A DNA stretch of 59,941 bases, filler included, from Stramenopiles sp. TOSAG23-6 (taxonomy: Eukaryota), in assembly GCA_900128565.1 (NCBI GenBank). It is 11 parts of 11 records of this genome, joined end to end, with 100 filler letters (N's around TTAATTAATTAA, not from the genome) between each part and the next. Parts side by side here need not be neighbours in the genome. Positions count along the whole stretch, not along the records: positions 10,990 to 16,365 come from LT636914.1; positions 16,466 to 21,841 come from LT636915.1; positions 21,942 to 27,314 come from LT636916.1; 8 more parts are not named here. One strand, 5' to 3'. Shown in pieces: positions 11,053 to 22,714 of this stretch; position 1 is the stretch's first letter, and every line of letters begins with the position of its first letter. A program made the translations under genes and the position numbers. The notes beneath the pieces are model-generated. The model did no database searches and was not told the DNA's origin. It worked only from the letters and a program-made list of their open reading frames with translations.

Positions 11053-12752
11053 GTGACACCAAATCGAAAAGTGGAGTTTTTACATGTGCAACTGCTGATG
11101 TTTGTGCTATTAATCATATGGCATTAAAAATTGCTGCTTCTGAATTTGGTTTACCTGGATTTTGGATGGGAGATCTTCGTGGTTTTGGATTAACTCTTAC
11201 GAAACTTCAGCCGTTACCTGGTACTGAAGTGAATAAGGGGAACATTGAAAAATATTTTTCTTCATCCTCGTCTATTACAATGCCAGTATCAATCTCAAAG
11301 AGAGGTGACACTCAACAAATTCGAAATTCGTTAGATACAAAATGTATTAAAGATTTAATTTCGAATTCTGCTGAAATGGAACAAAATAAAAATAATGTGG
11401 TATTGCCATGTAAGAGAGACCTTTTCAATATAGATGTTATTGAGGAATTAAATCCAGATATACAAGATAAACCAGATAAACCAGATAATATACAAGAAAA
11501 AAACACAAATAATAATGATATGAATTATTTTTCATCAAAAAACACAAAAAATACAAAAAACAAATCTTCAACAGTATCTGTGGTACAACAAAATATACAA
11601 CCAAGTATAAAATACAGTAAACCAAATAAATTCCAAATCAGGCGAAGTGCAATGTTTTTGTCTCAACCAAGTGTATATGACCATCTAAAGCTCAATGCAT
11701 GGAAGAAGGAGGCAAATGACCGGAACTCCATAATATCTACTAGCAGTCATAGTTCAAGTAGAATGTTGGAGAGGAATTCTGTAACGATAAATAATCAAAC
11801 TCATAGTAAAGAAAAGATAAATAATCAAAATAGTAGTAAAGAACCAATTGTTGTTGATTCTAATATAGGAAGTTGGGTATGTGGATTCTGTACATTTGAA
11901 AATTTAAAACCANTATCATTGGTGTGTTATATGTGTAGAAGTGAGCGTTCATCGTATTCCAAAAATTCATCATATATAAACAATGTAACACTTCAAGCAT
12001 TATCATCTATTGATACTGTTGATACTGCAACACCAAATATAGTAAAAAATAATTTATCTTTACTGGATAAAAAGAAAAATGTTGATAGTATACCTCATAG
12101 TAAAGAAGAAAACAACATATTAGATATTGTTTCAATTTGCAGTGGTAGTAGTGATAGTAGCTTTTTTATTGAAGAGAATAACACCATCAAGAAATCTATT
12201 GAAGAGAATTTTGATATTTCACAAATGACAATAGAAACATTTTCTACAGTACGTCCTCATCTCCGCTCTTGGTTACAAAGGACTTATGAATCTGCTGTTC
12301 TTAATGTTACGAAATATCTATCAAACAATGAAAAACATAAAAAACTTAACATGAAGAAAAATAGGGAAAATGAATTTTGTGTTCATCTAAATTATTCAGA
12401 TTGCATGTTATGTAAAGTTCGTAACAAGTCCTATTGGGATGATGAAATATTTATTTTACAAAGTTTTTCGTGTCGGCTAATTTTGGAACGGCGCTTAGAC
12501 GAAGCTGCTCTTTTACTGAGATTATTACATCGTTGGAAACCTATAAAACCTATAAATTATTGTTACCCGGTACTATCGCAAAATCCAAGTGTTGATGGGA
12601 TTTCGATTGAGAATAAGGATGATACTATTGAAATGATCGAAAGCGAAGCATTATCTAATACATTATATGGTATTCGAAATGCTTTATGTATAGTATGTTC
12701 AGAAACACAAAAGGATATAACAAATATTTATCCAGGCTTTGTATTGTATTAA
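11053..12752 (+). CDS. REV1: REV1-like Y-family polymerase, C-terminal exon (end of little finger, RanBP2-type zinc finger, Rev1-CTD-like region)
   Basis: CDTKSKS...GDLRGFGLTLTKL, WVCGFCTFEN...CYMC and LRSWL...LDEAALLLRLL. The exon begins after the family intron end ...CAAAATACAT. Confidence 0.6.
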
Positions 12753-12978
12753 AGTAGCCTAAACCCTAACCCTCGTATATAAAATTTGTAGCAAATATTG
12801 GTAAATAAAATGGAAAAAGTTATAACTATGAGATGAAAAAAGAAACAATTCTTATTTTCGTTTAATTACATTATATACGATGTTAATGTTATAAGATTTT
12901 ACCTAAAAACAAAGCTATTACATCTGCAAAAAATCACCTTCAAAAGATTTACATATTTCCGCAAAGTGGATTTACATT

Positions 12979-13698
12979 TTACTCCAGAATTATTTCCCCT
13001 CCCAATTCTTCAAGCTCTTTTTTCAATTGCTCAGCTTCATCTTTTGTAAGTGACTTTTTGACAACAACTGGTGCAGACTCAACCATAGCTTTTGCCTCTT
13101 TTAAACCCAAATCAGCGATCTTTCGGACTTGTTTGATGAGTTTTATCTTACTTTTAGCTTCGAACTTTTCCAATTTCACGTCAAATTCTGTTTTCTCCAC
13201 AACTACTTCTTCCTCTTCAACAGCAGCAGCTCCGCCACCACCGCCACCGCCACCCATGTTCATCGTAGAAATGTCTGGTAAGTTCAGTTTATCCTGGAGT
13301 AAATCCACAAGGTCAGCAACTTCGAGCAAGTTCAAAGTAGAGATTTCAGTTGCAATTGCCTCGAGTTTTGGTGAGAAGACTTTTTTTTCACCCGCTACCT
13401 TTGGTTCTTCAACTGTAACTTCAATTTCACCATCAGCATTTCGTGTAACATCCGCAAGAGTTATATCAGAATCAGATTGAGCAGTATCGGCAGCAGCTTC
13501 ATCACCCCCTGCGGCTTCAACAGCGGCGTCCCTTACTTTTTTCATTTTCTCCATTTCCTCAGGAGTAGTTGAGAAAGAGCGCCAAGTTCGATTGAAAGAT
13601 GTGTTAAAAGCAGTGCTACTGCGCTGTACTATGGTTGATGTGCCGAACGAACGTTTGGCAATAATTCTCACATTACGACTAGCAACAGAGAAAAACAT
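12979..13698 (-). CDS. MRPL12: Mitochondrial ribosomal protein L7/L12 (bL12m)
   Basis: Arg/Ser-rich presequence; LNLLEVADLV, EKTEFDVKL and [14 protein letters not shown] motifs. Confidence 0.93.
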   Translation of the reverse strand: MFFSVASRNVRIIAKRSFGTSTIVQRSSTAFNTSFNRTWRSFSTTPEEMEKMKKVRDAAVEAAGGDEAAADTAQSDSDITLADVTRNADGEIEVTVEEPKVAGEKKVFSPKLEAIATEISTLNLLEVADLVDLLQDKLNLPDISTMNMGGGGGGGGAAAVEEEEVVVEKTEFDVKLEKFEAKSKIKLIKQVRKIADLGLKEAKAMVESAPVVVKKSLTKDEAEQLKKELEELGGEIILE

Positions 13699-14063
13699 TG
13701 TACTATTTACTACTTTTTGTTATGTGTACCTAGTTAGAGTAGTAGTGTTTGCACAAAATTACTGCGGACGAGCACGTGGTGTAAACTGGATGTTTCGAAA
13801 ATGTCGGATTTCGTGTTTTGATAATTCGCGGGAGACGTCAAAAAGAAGAAGACTTCTTCAAAAAAATAAGAAAAAGTTCAAGTGTAACAAAAGACTATAA
13901 TAAATATTTCCCAAGAGAGAAGCACCCGAGTGATACATCAACTGATATAGATTTACTCATTAGCGATATAGGTCTCTAAATTTATATAATTCGCATCTAC
14001 ACTATACAAATCCATATTATAAAAGTAGCGTCATTTTATCTGTGCTGCGTTTTTTTTTTGTAA

Positions 14064-14242
14064 ATGTCTTCTATTATAGTTGCGAAGCCAGAGTTGGTAA
14101 AGTGGGCAGAAAAAAATCAACCTGATTTTAATGTTTCCCTTGTAGATAGGAAAATGCTAGCTAAAAAGTATGGTGTAAAAAAGGAATATATAGATAATTT
14201 TTTTAGACGCCTTCGCGACTCAGATATCTCAAAAAAACGTAA
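14064..14242 (+). CDS. Homeodomain-like protein, truncated by the chimera junction
   Basis: [10 protein letters not shown]...[23 protein letters not shown] resembles the homeodomain helix pattern. Sequence after 14242 is inverted L7/L12 DNA. Confidence 0.45.
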
Positions 14243-14602
14243 ATTTGGGTTTAAAAGAGGCAAAAGCTATGGTTGAGTCTGCACCAGTTGTTGTCAAAAA
14301 GTCACTTACAAAAGATGAAGCTGAGCAATTGAAAAAAGAGCTTGAAGAATTGGGAGGGGAAATAATTCTGGAGTAAAATGTAAATCCACTTTGCGGAAAT
14401 ATGTAAATCTTTTGAAGGTGATTTTTTGCAGATGTAATAGCTTTGTTTTTAGGTAAAATCTTATAACATTAACATCGTATATAATGTAATTAAACGAAAA
14501 TAAGAATTGTTTCTTTTTTCATCTCATAGTTATAACTTTTTCCATTTTATTTACCAATATTTGCTACAAATTTTATATACGAGGGTTAGGGTTTAGGCTA
14601 CT

Positions 14603-16302
14603 TTAATACAATACAAAGCCTGGATAAATATTTGTTATATCCTTTTGTGTTTCTGAACATACTATACATAAAGCATTTCGAATACCATATAATGTATTAG
14701 ATAATGCTTCGCTTTCGATCATTTCAATAGTATCATCCTTATTCTCAATCGAAATCCCATCAACACTTGGATTTTGCGATAGTACCGGGTAACAATAATT
14801 TATAGGTTTTATAGGTTTCCAACGATGTAATAATCTCAGTAAAAGAGCAGCTTCGTCTAAGCGCCGTTCCAAAATTAGCCGACACGAAAAACTTTGTAAA
14901 ATAAATATTTCATCATCCCAATAGGACTTGTTACGAACTTTACATAACATGCAATCTGAATAATTTAGATGAACACAAAATTCATTTTCCCTATTTTTCT
15001 TCATGTTAAGTTTTTTATGTTTTTCATTGTTTGATAGATATTTCGTAACATTAAGAACAGCAGATTCATAAGTCCTTTGTAACCAAGAGCGGAGATGAGG
15101 ACGTACTGTAGAAAATGTTTCTATTGTCATTTGTGAAATATCAAAATTCTCTTCAATAGATTTCTTGATGGTGTTATTCTCTTCAATAAAAAAGCTACTA
15201 TCACTACTACCACTGCAAATTGAAACAATATCTAATATGTTGTTTTCTTCTTTACTATGAGGTATACTATCAACATTTTTCTTTTTATCCAGTAAAGATA
15301 AATTATTTTTTACTATATTTGGTGTTGCAGTATCAACAGTATCAATAGATGATAATGCTTGAAGTGTTACATTGTTTATATATGATGAATTTTTGGAATA
15401 CGATGAACGCTCACTTCTACACATATAACACACCAATGATANTGGTTTTAAATTTTCAAATGTACAGAATCCACATACCCAACTTCCTATATTAGAATCA
15501 ACAACAATTGGTTCTTTACTACTATTTTGATTATTTATCTTTTCTTTACTATGAGTTTGATTATTTATCGTTACAGAATTCCTCTCCAACATTCTACTTG
15601 AACTATGACTGCTAGTAGATATTATGGAGTTCCGGTCATTTGCCTCCTTCTTCCATGCATTGAGCTTTAGATGGTCATATACACTTGGTTGAGACAAAAA
15701 CATTGCACTTCGCCTGATTTGGAATTTATTTGGTTTACTGTATTTTATACTTGGTTGTATATTTTGTTGTACCACAGATACTGTTGAAGATTTGTTTTTT
15801 GTATTTTTTGTGTTTTTTGATGAAAAATAATTCATATCATTATTATTTGTGTTTTTTTCTTGTATATTATCTGGTTTATCTGGTTTATCTTGTATATCTG
15901 GATTTAATTCCTCAATAACATCTATATTGAAAAGGTCTCTCTTACATGGCAATACCACATTATTTTTATTTTGTTCCATTTCAGCAGAATTCGAAATTAA
16001 ATCTTTAATACATTTTGTATCTAACGAATTTCGAATTTGTTGAGTGTCACCTCTCTTTGAGATTGATACTGGCATTGTAATAGACGAGGATGAAGAAAAA
16101 TATTTTTCAATGTTCCCCTTATTCACTTCAGTACCAGGTAACGGCTGAAGTTTCGTAAGAGTTAATCCAAAACCACGAAGATCTCCCATCCAAAATCCAG
16201 GTAAACCAAATTCAGAAGCAGCAATTTTTAATGCCATATGATTAATAGCACAAACATCAGCAGTTGCACATGTAAAAACTCCACTTTTCGATTTGGTGTC
16301 AC
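14603..16302 (-). CDS. REV1: Inverted duplicate of the REV1-like exon (artefactual copy)
   Basis: Identical to 11053-12752. Confidence 0.5.
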
Positions 16303-16467
16303 ATGTATTTTGAAAAAATATTTCAAAAAAAAATCTAAAAAAAATTGTTAGGTACAAAATTTCGTNNNNNNNNNNNNNNNNNNNNNNNNNNNNNNNNNNN
16401 NNNNNNNNNTTAATTAATTAANNNNNNNNNNNNNNNNNNNNNNNNNNNNNNNNNNNNNNNNNNNNCA

Positions 16468-17546
16468 AGCATCCAGGACGCGGCCACAGCCCGCCGCAAA
16501 CTCCGTGGAGCGCTGGTCCATGGCCGCACCATCGGCGTAGAATACGGCCAGGAAAACTGCCCGCTTCGTGACCTCAAAGAGGTTTTCGCAGAGTTTGACA
16601 GTGGGGCGCCGGCCACCGCTGTGGGCGCGGCGGGGGACGCCAAGTCCGGCCCTGCACTCGGAGCACAACCGTCCATACCTGACGCGTTTGACTACAAACC
16701 TTCGGCTGTGGCTACCCGCGCGGTGTTGCTCCGTGGGTGCCCGCCCGATGCGCAGTACCGCGACATTTGCAATTTGGCGAACATGCACGGACGGATTCAG
16801 CGCGCGGCACTCGACGCGCAGGGGCGCCGCGTGGCGATCGTGTTTCTGGACACCGAGTCTNNNNNNNNNNNNNNNNNNNNNNNNNNNNNNNNNNNNNNNN
16901 NNNNNNNNNNNNNNNNNNNNNNNNNNNNNNNNNNNNNNNNNNNNNNNNNNNNNNNNNNNNNNNNNNNNNNTTTTTTTTTCAAGCAGAAGACGGCATACGA
17001 GATCTCATCGATTCAGGGGCTTCGCGCAACATTTTTGTGGGCAATGTCGGATCTGTGTCTCGCCAGGAAATGCATCAAGCTTTTGGCCCGTTCGGAAACT
17101 ACGAGAGTATTATCACGCTCGAGTCGCGCGGAATTGCATTTGTCAACATGGTTGATATCGAGGCTGCCACGCGCGCCCGGGATGCCCTCCAAGGCAGTGA
17201 GATCAATGGCAGGCGCGTCACTGTCAACTATGCCAAAGAAAAACTGGGTCCGAATGCGGTAGGCCCATCGGCAAGCCTGAATTCCAGGATCGGCTCCCGA
17301 GGCGGGGGGCAGCGGGGCGGTGGGCAGCGGTTCGGGGGGGGTGGCTATTCCAAACCAACCGGCGGGTATGGCGCTCCTACAGGCTATGGTGGTGGCGCTT
17401 CTGCAGGTTATGGGGGTGCTTCTACTGGATATGGTGGTACTTCCACTGGCTACGGGGGTGGAGGAAACGCAACGTATGGGGGAAATACGTACACTCAGCC
17501 GTCGACTGGCAGTACAGGGTACGACCCAGCAGCACCAGTGCAGTAG
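16468..17546 (+). CDS. Multi-RRM RNA-binding protein with a Gly/Tyr-rich tail (5'-truncated, gapped)
   Basis: RRM tail HGRTIGVEYG, RRM AVLLRGCP...AIVF, RRM NIFVGNV...RGIAFVNM...INGRRVTVNYAK, then GGYG repeats. Confidence 0.75.
16980..17003 (+). other. Illumina P7 adapter contamination
   Basis: Exact CAAGCAGAAGACGGCATACGAGAT next to an N gap. Confidence 0.97.
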
Positions 17547-18928
17547 TGTGCGCGTCAAGAACGGGCGTTTTTTGCGTTAGTAGTTCGTACGTGGTGTGTT
17601 CGTACTGATGAATGACCAGAGAGGCTAACGCAGACACACAAGTAACGGCGCAAATGTTCGCATACCTGACCGCCTATAAGCTGTTTTAAAATGCAGCGCC
17701 CAACAACTAAAGATGGAGAGACACCCTGCCTGGACAGCGCACGCGTGCACGAGACACTACAGCTGTGTATGCTGTCACTAAAATGCATGTTCGTGAGGGA
17801 AAGACTTCCACTTTTCTAGGAACATTCCCTCGGAAGACAAGGCCGAAACAATGAACTAATTACGAATGCGCATATCTAGTACGTGCCTCCAGTTGCAAGC
17901 AACTCTTCAAATATGTAACAGAGCTACCCGATTCGAACCGAGTCAAACATATCCCGCATACGTCTTTGATCATCAGCTACGCCCCCCCTGCAGTCTATAG
18001 GTGCCAATTGAAACGTCCGATGTTCTTGCCGAACGAAAACATTCGCAGACTCCAGACGTCCAAAAAGCTATTTTGGTGATCGCGAAAGGGCTCTTGAAGA
18101 TCTCTGGTTTTCTGAAAAAGAGCATGAAATGTTTAAAAACATGATGGAGAAGATGAAAAGACAGCGGTCCGCACTGTACGGAGAACACGGCAAGACCAAG
18201 GCCCGTGAAAACCTCATTGCGATTTTTGAAGAACACAAGGTCGAGCTCACTCCAAGTACGTTTCAGCTGATAGATGCGAAGTCTATTGGCGTTTTTGGTA
18301 GTTACGTGCGCCCACAACTTAAGCACAACTGCTTTGCCCCCTGTGCCACGCAGAACTTGCAGAGGATCTCCGCGAGTGGAGGGTAACATTTGAGTCACGA
18401 GATGACGCACTTCATGGTGATAATTAGCAACGTCTACGTAAACACAGTTTGTGCAAGGAGTAAAAAGCAAATTCACTGGACTGATCCCACCGTCGCGGCC
18501 TAGACCTCATACATAACCAACACAGTGGTCGGTGCATCGATTTGGCCCTAATTGAAATGTATCTTATTCTGAAAACGAGTGGACGTTGTCAAATAAAGAG
18601 CGAATTGCGTATTATTCATTGCAAACAATGTACTACACACGTGTTGACTTCTACTCGAAGAGCATTGTCTTAGTTGTTAGATGGGCCTCTAGATCCGATT
18701 ATGAATGACTCCCAAGCGTTGAGCTGTTGATGGGATTGACTCGGAGCGAAAAAATATTTCAGGCAGAAAACTGTGAATCTGAACGCTGAAGCTGGCCGGG
18801 CGTGTGTGGGGCTGTTTAAGGTGCGTCCGGGGGCGCTGAATCTGCGTGCTTAGCGCGTATATCGCATAATCTCGTTGATAGGATCCGACTGACAGCTGTG
18901 CGTTTCGCGCGACCATAGGTTTATCTCC

Positions 18929-21841
18929 ATGTCGGACCCGGGAAGTGCCACAGCCGCCACGGCGGGGGGGCCCAATGGTGAGATTGCAGATTGCGGCTTG
19001 AACGCGGCATCCTTGACAGCCATGCTGACAAAATCGCGCCAATGCGCAGATAAAGAAGCGCAAAGTGTGACGAAATCCTCCGCATCTGGCTCTGATCCTG
19101 GAGGGTCCGGTGGAAAGGCTGCCAACAAGTCCAGCCCCCCTCTATCCGATGCCAAAGCGGACGCCAGCGGTGCCGACGCCATTAAAACAGAGAATGGCGG
19201 CAATGCCGAGGCTTCTGAGTCTAATGAAGCCGCTGCTGGCAATGGTGTCAGTGCTGGTAATGAGACAGGTGCCAAGACAAATGGCGCTAAGGCAGCGAAA
19301 TCTGGTGATTCGGTCAAGGCGGCTGATGCCAAGGCCGATGTCGAGGGCAAGGCCGATATCAAAGCTACAGCGGAAGGCCTGGGTACCCAACCTAAGGATC
19401 TCAAGACCAAACCTGGACAAGAGACCGCCTCCGCGACTGAGAGTGTAGCAGACAAGACTGATTCAAAGACTGAAAATGTCACGGATTCAAAGGCGAAAAA
19501 TGTCAAAAACGCAACGGTCACGGGTCCTAAGACCAAGGAAAAGTCCGACAAATCAGATGCAGTGGTGAAAAAAACCAAACGCGAAAAAGGCCGCACGGCA
19601 AGCAACCCGCTCCTTGCTGTGGTCATGCCGCCTGGTGAGGTCTCTCAAGCGGAGAAAAAACCACGTCGTAAGAAGAAGACCAAGTCTATGGGCAGTCGTT
19701 TGGCTGGAATTATGGACAAAATGAAAATTGGCGCTGCCAGCAATGCTCCTGTTCCGCGTCCGGGGCGGAGGAAGTTGAGAAAAAAAGGCAGTTCTGGAAA
19801 ACTCAAGCTCCCTGTTGGCCTTATGGGTTTGATTGGTGGTGGGGCTAAAGATGACACACCTGGCAAGGCGCCTGGCAATGCGGCTGATGCTGTGAAAAAG
19901 AGAAAGAAAAAACCTCTATTCAAACGGACTGGAACAGCGCCATCCATGCTCCGAATGCTGCAAAGCGCGCCTGATATGCCATCCAAGGCTGGGAACGCCG
20001 CGGGTGGAAAGTTCAAGAAAGGTCCTCCTGGGTTCAGCGCCACTGTTGGAGGACGTATTCCAGGCGTTGCCACATTAGGCAGTGCTAAAGCAGGCTCTCA
20101 ATCAAGCACAATGCCAATGCGCGCTACATCAGGAGTTTTGCCATTGCGCAAGGGTCGTGGTGTTCGCAGTGGTGTTCGCAAAGCCCCGAAGGGTTTGGCA
20201 GGTCTCATAGGCAAAGGACGAGGCGGCATCAAAGGTAAAGTCCCCTTGGGTTTGGCATCTCTCATTGGAGGCGAAAGGCGGCCTGGTGTGAAAAAGACCA
20301 GGACATCAGGTGACCAGAACGGCTCTGAACAAACACCTCAAACGACTGCTGATGGCAAAACAGACACGACCGAACAGCCTAAAGAGCAACCTCTGAAAAA
20401 CACGGAAGAAGCGATGGAGAAACAGGATCTTGTTCATCTTACTCTCTCAAGACCAAAGGGCAAAACTAGAAGATCAAAGTCAAAACCGCGAAGGGTACGT
20501 GTTTGCGCGCCAAAAATCATGAGCCGATTTTTTCTTTTCTTTTTCGTGTGGGCTCATTTATCGGTTGTTTTTTGTGCTGTTTTTGATTTTTTTTTGGTGG
20601 ATTTTGGGACGTTTGTGTTTTGCAATTGCAGGCCAGGCTTGATGTGGTCCGCCGCGCGAAGCATGCACTAGCGCGCTGTTCTTCCATGTTTTTCCATGTT
20701 CTTCCACCCGCATTTGTCTGATCCGCATTTGTCTAACCCATTCTCTTGTCATCCACACGCAATACACACGCAACAGCGTAAACGAACAAAACGACGGTTC
20801 AAGAGCTCTCCCGAAAACGACCTGATTCAATTTGTGAAACCGATTCTTGATGAGCAGCATGCGCAGTGGCTCTACCGTCTGGCAGATGCAATCGATGGAG
20901 TCGGCAGCGAATCTGCCGCGGATTCCGATGCAGTTCAGGACGCGAAACGTCCTGTCGCCATGGGCAGTTCTAAAGCTGCAGATGTGTCTCTTGTGACGCC
21001 TCTCACTGGGCAATCAGATGAACAATCAGATGATGCAGAGAAACGGAAATCTGATGAGAAGGCTGATGTTTCAAATGATAAAAGGGATGCTAAATCAGCT
21101 GATGATGGTGCGAACCCCAACGATGATACCAATGGTATGAGAAACAAAGAGATTGAGACCAAGACAGACAAGACACCTAAAACGGCACAGACTGATGAAA
21201 CACAGACTGATTCAAGTGACAAAGCTCCTGCTGACAAGGTCGAATCTGCTAACAAGGCACCTACCAAGGCACCAGAGAAGCCTGTGGGGACAGATTCTCC
21301 ATCAAAACAAGAGAAAACAAGCGAGAACAGGTCCATTCGCATTCGCAAAAACGCCGCATTCCATGCAAAATCCATTTCAAAGCCCACAGTCCCAGTGGCA
21401 CGATTTCAATCCCGAAGATCCCGCAAATTCCGAAAACCAACACCTCCACAACCCTATCCTCCACAACCCCATTCTCCATTGCCCCATCCTGTGCCCCGTC
21501 CTGTGCCCCATCCTGCGCGGCGTAAACCCCCAAGACCCCCAAGACCAACAAAACCCAAACCCTTTTCAATTTCAAAACATACCCGCAAACCCCGAAAAAT
21601 TAAACCACACCCTTCCCAACATCCTGCCAAACCCGCTGCCAAATCTGCTGTCGAGCCTGCTACCCACACCCCTGGAGCGGCGGCACGACCAGCTTCATGG
21701 CTTGAGGCGTTTTGTGCAGCGCCAATCGCACCCCCCAAACCCCCACGTCCTTCTAAACCCCCCTTACCACCCCGGATATCATCTGTATCATCTCGCAGAC
21801 GTTCATCATCCAGGCGGCCATCCTCAGGATCAAAACCCAAA
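18929..21841 (+). CDS. Large low-complexity (Ala/Lys/Pro-rich) protein with a CPI-like motif; canonical GT-AG intron 20495-20776; 3'-truncated
   Basis: agg|GTACGT...GTCTAAC...CAACAG|cgt joins the 580-aa and 397-aa ORFs in frame. LVHLTLSRPK motif and PxxP-rich tail. Confidence 0.6.
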
Positions 21842-21941
21842 NNNNNNNNNNNNNNNNNNNNNNNNNNNNNNNNNNNNNNNNNNNNTTAATTAATTAANNN
21901 NNNNNNNNNNNNNNNNNNNNNNNNNNNNNNNNNNNNNNNNN

Positions 21942-22573
21942 AGAGACAGGGTGAAATGGTTAAAGTCACAGATGTGCCACCTAGTTGGAAGCTGGCATCT
22001 GTAGCAACCACTAAACAGCCAAAAGTTGAAATAAAACATGAATCTTCAATTATTGCAAAACATGATGTCCCGATATTGAATAAGGCTCAACAAGTAGTTA
22101 AAAACAAATCCAACTCAAGTGCAAATGACCACCAAAAAGTTAAAGACGAATTCAACTCAAGTGCAAATGACCAACAAGTAGTTAAGAACGAATTGAATTC
22201 AGGTGATGAACGTGCTTGTAATATCGATAATGAAATATTATTACCACGTGTAAAAACTATCATGCGAGAAATGTTGAAAACCCTAATTTTAGCTGCAGAT
22301 CTTTCATCGACCACAGGACGAATACTCAGGAAAACTTTACAGAAGGAATATGAAAGTTCTAGTGAATTGTCTAGGTACGTTTCCATCATGATTTTTTCAT
22401 ACTCGATTTTTTTTTCGTAAATTTATATACACCTACTAATAATTTTTCTTTCATTTATTTTTGCACCATATATGATCCAAATCATCAACTGGGAGAATCA
22501 TTCAGTGAAAATGTTCATCAGAAATCAAATTAGGGAACTAAGTGCTGAAGTGTTTAAAAAGAGTGATGCTTAA
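21942..22573 (+). CDS. 5'-truncated protein ending in a DEK-C-like domain; GT-AT intron 22375-22473
   Basis: LKTLILAADLSSTTGRILRKTLQKEY...KMFIRNQI. Intron ag|GTACGT...CCTACTAAT...CACCATATAT|g. Confidence 0.6.
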
Positions 22574-22714
22574 AAGTATAGTATAGTTTATTTAGTCAAA
22601 TATCAAGATAAATTTTCAATATATCATTCATATAGTTTTATAAATTGTGCTTTATCAAATATTTCATAGAATTTTTTGTACCTAACATTTTTTTTTCCTT
22701 TTTTGAGTCTTCCA

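Larger units (their letters stand above)
10990..16365. repeat. Perfect inverted duplication 10990-13112 / 14243-16365 (probable amplification chimera)
   Basis: Exact reverse complement, including the same N. The junction at 14243 falls inside the L7/L12 coding sequence. Confidence 0.9.

Noticed and set aside
10990-16365. Biological palindrome or duplicated REV1
   Set aside because: Perfect identity including an N, and a junction that truncates two genes, are typical of an amplification inversion chimera.
16971-17003. Peptides FFFKQKTAYEI / FFQAEDGIRD as protein sequence
   Set aside because: These are translations of the Illumina P7 adapter.
17973-18476. ORFs between the RRM gene and the large low-complexity gene
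   Set aside because: Overlapping short ORFs with no recognisable family, so no call can be supported.
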